Shown here in pieces: positions 43,201 through 48,400 of a stretch of 53,257 nucleotides of DNA. This DNA comes from Clostridia bacterium. GTDB lineage: Bacteria; Bacillota; Clostridia; Christensenellales; UBA1242. The stretch covers positions 1 through 53,257 of the forward strand of contig JAFWWV010000114.1 in the NCBI GenBank assembly GCA_017523305.1. Reading direction: 5' to 3'. The notes below the pieces were generated by a model that was not told where the DNA came from, searched no databases, and saw nothing but the letters and a program-made list of their open reading frames with translations. Within the stretch, counting starts at the first letter, position 1. Each line of letters starts with the position of its first letter. Position numbers and translations under genes: made by a program.

Positions 43201-45139
43201 ATATGACCCAGGTGAAGATGTCGTAAACGTAAGTGCAGATAAAACACCTATGTTTGATGAGCTTGAACAAAAAGAAGGTTTAAATAATAAAGAAATTTGG
43301 ACAGAAGAGTACACATTAAATGAATTGGTTGACGATGTTGCTTATCCATCAATTCGTGGCTTAGGTCAAGAGTGGAAAAATACTGAAAGCGAAGCACTTA
43401 TTGCAATTGCAAAAGAAGATGTAGAGGCTGAAGTAGAAAAATTAGGATATGCAAGTGGTCCTAAGAAAACTTTGATTAACTATTACAATGGTAAAAATGC
43501 TTCTTTACAACTTGAAAAGAGAACATATTATCTTGTAACTTCTGCTGAAGAATTGTCTTGGATTTCAACAAATGTTAATAGTGGTAACTTATTAACAATT
43601 AACTGTGAATTTATATTATTAGCAGATATTGATTTAAGTGGTAGATATTGGACTCCTATTGGTGCAAACTCTACATATCCATTCCAAGGTGTATTTAACT
43701 TTAATGGTCACAAAATTACAGGTTTAACAATTGACTCATTAAGCTTAGCTTATGGTGGTTTGTTTGGTAATACAAACGGTGCTCAAATTGTTAACGGTTA
43801 TTTAGAAAATGTTTTCATTAAGTTAAAGAGTGAAGATATTATGACATATCTTTATGTAGGTTCTGTTGTAGGTAAGGGTTACAATACTACAATTGAAAAT
43901 ATTTCAGTAACAACAGCAATTGCTGGTTTCTCAAATTCTGGTACATTTGTTGGTGGAATTATTGGTTCATTAACTGGTACACAAGATTACCGTATTGCTA
44001 ACGTAAAAGTAAATCAAGAACCAAAAGAAGGCGATGGTTTTGATGCTTCATACATTGATATTTCTTCTTACTATTACCAAGTAGTTGAAATAAGAAATGA
44101 AAATGATGAAGAAATTGGTGAAATTAAATCAAAAACAACAAACATTGGTGGTTTCTCATCTGGTGGTAACGTTTACGCTGGTGGTGTTGTAGGTTATATT
44201 TCAGGTTATGATTTAACTGAAGTTGAAAACGAATACTTATTAGACGTTGCTTATAATGATTGTAACGTAACGGCAGTTTCTACTTCAAATGCTGCTTCAG
44301 TTTACCTTGGTGGTGTTGTAGGTTATGCTTTAGAGCAAGTTAAACTTAACAATATTCAAAACTCTGGTTACTTAAAAACATTTACTTATCAATATGATAT
44401 GATTGGTGGTGTTGTAGGTTATATGAACAATGGTAACATTCAAAACGCTTACTTTGATGGATATATGGAAAGTTGCCAAGACTTTGATAATCATATTCTT
44501 TCATATATCGGTGGTATTGTCGCTTATATGGATACTGAAGGTTTCATTAAGTTCTGTGTAAACGAAGGTGCAATTAACCAAAACGATAAATATGCTGATT
44601 CAGCTATTATTGGTGGTGTAATTGGTTACTCAACTGATAGATTCTTTACTGAAGATAGAATGTGTGTATATTCAATAGATAACGGTTTTAATTATGCTGG
44701 TGTTGGTTTTGATTCTTCAGAAACTGACATTGAAGTGTTGGAAGAAATTTTCACAACTGAGTTTTCTAATATAAATACTGAAAATGAATTTGCTGACTCA
44801 TTATGGTCTGCAGGCAAATTAAATTCAAAAATGATTTATGTTACTGGTTGTGGTGATAGTTTCACAACTCAACAAGTTGATGGTACTGATGTTCAAGTTG
44901 CATTGTCAACTTCAGGTAAGTTAGCAATTAACCTTAACATGGTTTATTTAAGATATGGTACTGGTTCATACAAGACAGGTGATAAGATTGGTATTGCATT
45001 TATAGATGACGAAGCTAACTATAAATACATTGAAGTAGCATTAAGTGCTGCAAGCGATATTAATTTAGGAACTTGTTTAGATGGACATGCACTAAATTCA
45101 AATAGTATTACATGTATTGTTACACTTATTTCAGATTAA
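28280..45139 (+). CDS. Giant surface lipoprotein 2 (5619 aa), paralogue of giant 1, with Ig-like segments and six GLUG/ZmpB-like beta-helix modules
   Basis: Uninterrupted 16,860-bp ORF. AAGGGT precedes GTG 28280 (ATG 28289 is an alternative start). Lipobox-like LFYG-C26. It contains Big_2-like ISTNASNVVAINSDGTLRVIGEGKATITVSS and repeated motifs such as DIDLSGKYWVPIG...PFKG and YWTPIG...PFRGTFDGNG. Confidence 0.85.
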   Translation: MKKMKKFFSTFFVLMLLVCCGLFYGCGERYDSLSFSLGFVYKKGDANVTRLENGDYRISGSEGTFDDHLDGSYTFYIDSTNDSTATFEVSFSGVPDDFNYGVTFSLSNEILKIDNNTTHTSKGVKKRITAYEPGTTVLTAYSNEGGKKASVVVNVVEVAKGIYFTKNNLAITSVKDSVLSLRQEGLLQLTPLKSSVTKITYNIGKMEDDGITFTEYTNTQLLNFGINFNKNDLTLTTIKNGLGIEDFYVQAVYANPLGDDLIAYTQVRVVKPISEFEIYLGKSRTDVTETNKITTNDIQNLIINIEDLNYIDIILKVHSNGEKVAFNYIKDTNLPVYFRSNGEDNYLQDDKVTDAYYDAETDSYYAKATYTYHYIKVVATKKTTENDNYPDSLYPIKFTCDYDFYTVDNYPLNNVVNIKNDALIKNFSVNNQVLDNLNIVENQAAVEGFYESEIYINSDTAVLGTSLRVDVGNPVSILQENAKYKMSFYNASFEELTSVAEYFKVQRTIGASKDVVNVVNFENEFDKNTTFYLKPNNETNKLNIGDIFYIVLKAVKPETYPTKQACATIKLNVVQGISEFTKYSYEYNSYEVDETTGLYKLDGNNQKIVQTIKKEDIEFDATFVGLEELYLDLESGFDATIILSYIPLGANVKNITITSTDETVIQIIRDENDLVKFYINPISIGKAQVNINTTNLKETYTINVSVYRPITDFTVNLASTNTSYGVGGFELTHDNKNVSSAQVKVNKRIGLALSTLPSTATQYTLEYAVYKTEVLEENLMGTFSIDYNGVASSEITLIGNENFQFDCLRNSFVFIQDNSVGQVYFVIIKLTNLDGSYWSHQVRLSSYVPVESIDTDLTKVSIYNPNTIAYISKDETINDPTAFSLKIETNKKSGRVATYNFDNYGRIIVIVNGITENIFTLREGVLNPSNNNSLILPINTIVDDNGYYWFKLNENYDYNVITTSVYLSIQIREINYDFTKTESIRIVNAEGVSALTTFSGEQLYYKQGLADETQINLVVQKASAYNKNLIVKSYDILTVNGEDYYAENELASRVVKDLVVEQKENTNEYVLKFTPNNAGLSVLIVMPEDKAITQTQHNYLLKKEYVKVDILETEFYKNTFYYFDDPNYVVAEEYVADTDYYVYTTVLNDATSIWENYLTFYVTVADGIKVPYQISTLDDLYDVSDNAESVTKRYVLTKDIVLDSTKNWEPMGNYYPVSDITDENFYDGTYYTFSEGNYLKQDVFAEGSEYYAFGFNGEFSGKYSYTNVRTGVVIDYYHKISNIAYVGNVAEGVAAFGLFYEIGHNGSVKYLKISYSFFQPTISEDYTFGGLTYVNYGQLLNIEANFENLKLISDKNLIVGGLVAKNYGTVQNLNPTSLGLTGSIYLTIKNKDAKYIVGGLVAENEGIVCGSYDTTKPIVYTYNSAGFDSSLNIMVDSTLDSTIFFADTAIGGAVGSNYGKVKNLSVQGKVIAPNCYSVGGLVGYAHYNEIYNGDIVDDVTGDTVRHYSVETSYSIATVEGNDRVGGAIGSAAGNDEHTYVYINNISAENYVSSTNTSRTFVKAVNSVGGLIGYASRANISYSYTVSYFDCNMVEDATYADNNYDIVSKNGSAGSFIANAVNVNITNSSSYVNTKAKQDVGVFIASANAVASQNTFAIGSFYSQENRMTYGISGTGSPTNYWYYVVFNNNSNATIVNSANGETTVEALKNASVSVGWGKNANINDGLPYLTILVNGVYEVLYATTPITILANVKNNNGKYESYIKNDDSSLILFFNYDYLSKYLVNDIQLINLVSLNSFSDLEVYAKTHKTARLNISTNASNVVAINSDGTLRVIGEGKATITVSSKLNTNYKVEIYIVVKYGVNDINLYSNVALTENLKDANSKIELLKSKTQTLYLETTYTRDLQTANDADLKSTNAIGTRFMVKNDTVLSDMLDAVDGKKDNNVSNTINELFKINGLTWFYNSDDELFYVDVPAGANPIITPIKAMDSNYRELTVSYVPILQESFNVTSSTIVLNEFGGEFVLSIIKGATDIIFENNIESKIEISQLQTQTFTVTLFTDYELDAIVDNFDAQNVNGMLIIVKSDLVRNYEDEAETILKSISTTYTINYKDKMTAVENDITYNFEFNASSDVTIKTNLTFIIQGQDKINQVYGTIYANLTDFPQEPEKNNIIYNGNVGVLSVEVYPYFSNYNKMKVYYETPSNYPLLMTQLSYNISGESGELLTDYPESGSVTDYNESMMVEKSSGQDTYLLNNLGTYSYSKIYFFSLLVGSEVPDETQFTVYIEFLTRQNNIIETFAYTFTTIAQPGVEFSFADGLESDEGIYYLPINTDNLMNVKLTNYEGEINWEITSNDYELTQNEIEILTPTLKSDGNYYFKTLQYVSSTANNNIFSTEFIGKKVTITATIVDGQRSYSSSKEVLITMFSVLDIKVQNTTNGYMTLPMSTTMPLQVALSFSYDKALTEQTDNWYSNWYTTWKETNDTNDMLYKYLVACGYEIEENISNYFAQLTSAISKAQFNYEDPSAVKTSGVWFYKEGDEAGYLQTNQSYNDSTFGVELYNEYFAVYGFQIDKNSNMSMRVNLSYTNNEGNIIKNVDANGIPNVYNHNISGDNITYKIDFTIEKDFILNFVYKSDLINAIPISTEEEFINMCEGLDYRLVNDIVLSNYTPISTAINTFDGNNYNIYITSFSYTSDYAEKGVLGLFDTVSKDTILYNVKVYYTNKVTMVNDVYVPGVAGLSVSLLNSLTVSFGGIASVNNGTLTNCTVSGRLNLTLNIDVNAGTIADALNGGIAATNSSTGYITNSKVQNFDFNGYGVTGGIVGENSGKIVSCYFNNSSINNLSSNDTAGFVYSNLEGAEIYESYVQGYRLETDNDIRNTGVGVSSKGIVGGFVHTNAGIINDCYSNISLSSSKYISGFVYRDESTSEISRCYSISYKSSSDNSTVASPFAGANSANYTKITINGVLNNCYYLNLSGTWSDLIWESEEQNKQAKGLTLDEFSTHTNFANYDLSLVYNKGFYADNETDYSYVDGYTWVIIEGKPVIVSTLVDTVSQRDYIGKSKNYSDASYIYYDETNPTRIEKVEVALGVDKLRTSYYDNSAGIDVNLLTDDNLLFYTILDNTKSTLTYYFSAHGESETITIMYNVDMEAGEIKDKELIYAEYGNQNPSVLDVRETTGEGTYVEDSNYRANDTIEITYNDKNIISKIYYKVLESASYYYGSNALEISHVTGARTNPQIIYDYESFVFYTTEDNVGKYFRVIRDIDFNYQFTPTAYTVFQGALQGNYMEFNNLSISYLNNNTDVAVDGASNAFGLFATVKTVRTEAAAALVDDEFNTVVSNLKFNIIEVLSNAHNYVGVLAGHLDASDNISNRKIVVNNVSISGMDGNSAYVQGKNAVGGLAGIATGNVIIKDITASVNINATKEMNNGDSSKLLYDSGTNNPITNVAYAGGVIGIFDANKVEDKSTQKNYNANNIAVNGEIVVIGGVVGSAFGLVGPSTTVNYVNTIIENSPKCYLRSIAYAGGIVGENRGTIIGSSITYGEVETYSSVRVGVSSLASINYFYNGNGVDTTIAIGGLVGLNNGGIISNSISSIDVRNKNATVAGGAVGRMIQGKLENVTATGSVISKVIVGGLIGTINDIDMILNAEYNQTSIIMPDFLTGTVKTILANCVAANNWLVSDYIYYTNMLNSGKAVAGFIGLISQSGGSLDFIDYQQGYSYYSNTLYTSSNSTVPQKYLSVAYESQTFDMVTDFETAGLSVLRNSAEEQFVFPYSTREFYYEDTFVGSYYQIKTETNPKYKALPEGDDTNPFARYIYTISSKGQNVSNVDDLYVNIAFDGSEMLDSIKWNYTVADFGTLTHYNDHFGKIYIYDVTEGIYVEVKDEDTFNANKAFNNTDSSQPDYMKTKFYFIDKPVLEEYRVEKRYYTNQADDIFIDSISNTITRYNNYTLTAIDNYNDVDIISINGVQIYVTGGSYTTGVDANGKETRTYTYNALTQQLPNNSIVTNISYVVKQITVADDSIEGSTTYFTIDYIDVSYTYFVNFDFIDYKTTRISNSELRYNLTISSKEVIYNNYIDNGYWEAGSNFLLNADYANANKYLKNLEFSDVYLWETFRASELEEDETTKNLLIDSAEELALYAYYVKNGITDGTKPYAERTLQLTKDIDLSGKYWVPIGTTLHPFKGKIDGKGKINGQDVTFSIKYATINEEVGAEYAGIFGVVENATISNINLTGGEITGKIAGGLVGYVKGNTTRITDISSRNGVVASNYAGGIVGLSDATSLILKNISNSGEVDHKNNPTALETSFGGIVGKAKTLTLENCANKGKVYVFNNKTSYSGSGVLHEVYAGGLTGKVSNDITTNSYNRNEGNVTVNSNAHTLYVGGAFAFTYGSSVLTNVKNYGDLEVNYSNIYSAFNTKQNYSKATVGGIAGNLNNNIKLSGNEGKISFSINTTANAYIGIGGIAGAAQAYKTATAGVVQGITECYNTNNIDVSTISKKTYVAVSGIVGFANTTKTDYHFYVSNSYNSGDIQSDSNSNVYAGGMLGVAVVEQTGTDLRKYKLDKFVAADIKAYAYVQKCLNIGYVNITNISKTTSALGAIASFKNSLLKLADTDANFYLRDAAYSGTTIFNGYTEVVSASTETYEPAGSVGTTGPEKGTFAQLSTTLKNSTTYTNKGWSMSDTGTWIQAYDTWFPSIRSNISSSMWFDKQEELSQEKGSFIVNTPEQLAYLSAKINSGEIDSTNVTIKLTNFVDLANRYWTPIGTDENPFRGTFDGNGFVIRNLTIDGAYLDDTVYGGLFGVVEDATIKNLGLESTIVKNVDNAAAVVCKAVNSTISYVYSDKGNSNSTSVSGKVTAGGLVGLAKNCSLLESNNFTGGIYYSYNNIPVEIVDTYSQGDSYVGGLVGKLENSVIDSSYNNVYGNVKTTQELDPNVAENHYMLIAGIVDKNSSFFNAFSIASSVTTPLDSYECEPKLFVTRYDPGEDVVNVSADKTPMFDELEQKEGLNNKEIWTEEYTLNELVDDVAYPSIRGLGQEWKNTESEALIAIAKEDVEAEVEKLGYASGPKKTLINYYNGKNASLQLEKRTYYLVTSAEELSWISTNVNSGNLLTINCEFILLADIDLSGRYWTPIGANSTYPFQGVFNFNGHKITGLTIDSLSLAYGGLFGNTNGAQIVNGYLENVFIKLKSEDIMTYLYVGSVVGKGYNTTIENISVTTAIAGFSNSGTFVGGIIGSLTGTQDYRIANVKVNQEPKEGDGFDASYIDISSYYYQVVEIRNENDEEIGEIKSKTTNIGGFSSGGNVYAGGVVGYISGYDLTEVENEYLLDVAYNDCNVTAVSTSNAASVYLGGVVGYALEQVKLNNIQNSGYLKTFTYQYDMIGGVVGYMNNGNIQNAYFDGYMESCQDFDNHILSYIGGIVAYMDTEGFIKFCVNEGAINQNDKYADSAIIGGVIGYSTDRFFTEDRMCVYSIDNGFNYAGVGFDSSETDIEVLEEIFTTEFSNINTENEFADSLWSAGKLNSKMIYVTGCGDSFTTQQVDGTDVQVALSTSGKLAINLNMVYLRYGTGSYKTGDKIGIAFIDDEANYKYIEVALSAASDINLGTCLDGHALNSNSITCIVTLISD

Positions 45140-45147
45140 TAATTAAT

Positions 45148-45180
45148 AAAAAGGCATACAATTTTGTATGCCTTTTTTTT
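45148..45180 (+). terminator. Rho-independent terminator after giant gene 2
   Basis: AAAAAGGCATACA-ATTT-TGTATGCCTTTTT followed by further Ts. Confidence 0.9.
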
Positions 45181-45284
45181 GTTTAATATTTACAAATATG
45201 ACCCCTAAAAAACACTTTTTAGTTATTTTTACTTGACAATATGCAAAAATTTTGATTTTCTTAAAACTTTTTTGCCTAAAACTA

Positions 45285-45313
45285 TTGACTATTAAAAACA
45301 CTTGTGCTAAAAT
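45285..45313 (+). promoter_or_regulatory. Putative sigma-A promoter (extended -10) of rpoBC
   Basis: TTGACT (45285-45290), 17 nt spacer ending in TGc, TAAAAT (45308-45313). Confidence 0.7.
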
Positions 45314-45499
45314 TCAAATTACTTTATGTTGATAAATTGCGCGTTTTGTTTTTTTTGTTAAAAAATAATAGTAAAAAAGAGGTTATGTTATAATAAATTT
45401 TCTTAAAAAAATAGGTTAATTTGGTAGCATAATGCTTTTTTGCGATTAATTAAAATCCAACAATAAAGTGTAAAAAAATACTTTAAATAAGGAGCCGAT

Positions 45500-48400
45500 A
45501 TGGGACAATCTAATCCTACAATCAAAAGAACTAAACATGGCAAAGTTGAAAGGGTGAATTTTTCAAAAATTAATGAACCTATTGATATGCCATATCTTAT
45601 TGCAATTCAAAAAGATGCTTACAAACAATTTTTGGAAAAAGGCATAGCAGAAATATTAGAAGAGTTTTCTCCAATTACTGACTATAGTGGTAAGGCAGAA
45701 ATCTATTTTGTTGACTATACACTTGACCCAACTAGCAAATATTCAAAAGCTGAATGTAAAAGAAAGGGTATTACATACTCAGTAGCATTAAAAGCTAGAG
45801 TAAGACTTGTTAGAAAAGAAGACGGTGAAGTTGTTGAACAAGAAGTTTTCTTAGGCGATATTCCACTTATGACGGAAGAAGGCTCTTTTATTTTTAATGG
45901 TATTGAAAGGGTAGTTGTAAGCCAAATCGTAAGATCTCCAAGTGCTTATTTTGCTAAAGAACAAGACAAAACTGGTAAATATTTATTTAATGGTACAATT
46001 ATTCCTACACGTGGTACATGGGTAGAAGTAGAACAAAACGTTAATGATATTTTAAGAGTTGTTATTGATAGAAGCAGTAAAGTTACTCTTGGCGTTTTCT
46101 TAAAATGTTTTGGTTTTACTTCAAAACAAATTAAAGATACTTTTGGTAACAACCCACTTATCTTAAATACTTTAGATAAAGAAGTTCAAGAAACCCAAGA
46201 AGAAGCTTTAATTGAATTAAGTAAAAAAATGCGCCCAAGTGAAGTCCCAAGTGCTGAGGCAACTTATAACTTTATTAATTCACTTTTCTTTACACACCAA
46301 TATTACAATCTTGCAAGAGTTGGTAGGTATAAATTAAATAAAAAGTTAAGTATTGCAACTCGTATTACAGGACAAACAGCTTACGGCGATATTAAAATTG
46401 GAGATAAAGTTGTTGTTAAAGACGGCGAAATTATTGATAGAGAAATCGCAAAAGAAATTCAAAACGCAGGTATAAATGAAGTTTGGTTAAGAGCTAAAAC
46501 TCTTAGAGGCGACTTCAAAATGGATAGAGACCAATTTGTTGGTCACAAAGTTGTTGGTAATAACAGGGTAGACCTTTCTGCTATTTTCCCATGTGATGAA
46601 GCAGAACTTGGTATCTTAGAAAAAGTTCATTATCCAACATTAATGAAATTATTAAAAGAAAACAAAACAAAAGAAGATAAACTTCAAGCAATTAGAGATA
46701 ACGCAAAAGAGTTAATGAACTTCCAATTAACAATGGATGATATCATTGCTACAATTAGTTATCACTTAGATTTAAATAACGGTATTGGCGAAATTGATAA
46801 TATTGACCACTTAGCAAACAGAAGAATTGCTACTGTTGGTGAATTGATGGGCAGTGCATTTAGAAGTGGTGTTAATAAACTTGCTGGTGTAATTCGTGAA
46901 ACACTTCAAGCACAAGATTTAACAACTGTTAACCCATCTTCAATTGTTAATGCTAGACCTATTAATAAAGCATTAAAAGACTTCTTAGCAAGTTCACAAT
47001 TATCACAACTTATGGACCAAGTTAACCCAATTAGTGAGTTAACTCAAAAGAGAAAAATTTCTGCTGTAGGTCCTGGTGGTGTTAAAAAGGAAAGAGCTAC
47101 TGCTGAAGTTCGTGATATTCACTATTCACACTATGGTAGAATTTGTGTTATCGAAACTCCTGAAGGTCAAGGTATTGGTCTTATTAACTCTCTTGCAACA
47201 TATGCAAAAGTTAACGAATATGGTTTCTTACTTTCACCTTTAAAAGTTGTTGATAAGAAAACAGGTACAGTTACAAACGAAGTTGTTTACTTAATGGCTG
47301 ACGAAGAAGAAAACTGCTGTGTTGCTCAAGCTATTGAACCTTTAACTCCAGATGGCAAATTTGTTAACCCTAGAGTTATTGTTAGACGTAAAGAATCAGT
47401 TATTGAAGTTCCTGCTAGCGAAGTTGACTATGTTGACGTTTCACCAAGACAACTTATTTCTGCAGCTACATCACTTATTCCTTTCTTAGCAAACGACGAT
47501 ACTGCTCGTGCTTTGATGGGTTCTAACATGCAACGTCAAGCTGTTCCATTGCTTACAACTGAAGCTCCTATTATTGGTACTGGTATCGAACACAAAATTG
47601 CTGTTGATAGTGGTGCTATGATTTTAAACCAAAATGCTGGTTACGTAAGTTATGTTTCTGCTACTGAAATCAGAGTTAAAAACGATGATGGCGAAACTGA
47701 TACTTATTATTTAACAAAATTTACAAAAACAAACCAAGATACTTGCATTAACCAAAAACCTGCAGTTGTTAAAAACCAAAGGGTTGAAAAAGGTGATGTA
47801 TTAGCTGATGGTTTCTCAACTAAAAATGGTGAACTTGCTCTCGGTAAAAATATGACTATTGCTTATATGAACTGGGAAGGTTATAACTACGAAGACGCTA
47901 TTCTTATTTCAGAAAGACTTGTTAGAGAAGACGTTTTCACATCTATCACATTAAAAGTTGAAGAATGTAAAGCTAGAAGCACTAAACTTGGTGATGAAGA
48001 AATTACTCGTGATATTCCAAACCTTGGTGACGATGCATTAAAGAACCTTGACGAAAATGGTATTGTAAGAATTGGTGCAGAAGTTAGACCTGGCGATATT
48101 TTAGTTGGTAAAGTTACACCAAAAGGTGAAACTGAACTTACACCTGAAGAAAGATTATTAAGAGCTATCTTTGGCGAAAAGGCTAGAGAAGTTAGAGATA
48201 CTTCACTTCGTGTTCAACACGGTCGTGGTGGTATTGTTGTTGATGTTCAAATCTTTACAAGAAAGAATAAAGACGAACTTGAACCTGGTGTAAACACAAT
48301 GGTTAAAGTTTATGTTGCTCAAAAGAGAAAACTTTCTGTTGGTGACAAAATGGCTGGTCGTCACGGAAACAAAGGTGTTGTTAGCCGTGTATTACCAGTT

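Noticed and set aside
6603-45139. Giants as ZmpB/IgA1-protease-like M26 metalloproteases
   Set aside because: They share GLUG-type repeats, but I found no HExxH motif (HERAR, HEAVT and HEVYA do not fit).
45320-45499. Structured RNA in the rpoB leader (for example AGCATAATGCT)
   Set aside because: Only short, weak palindromes; cannot be supported without a covariance search.
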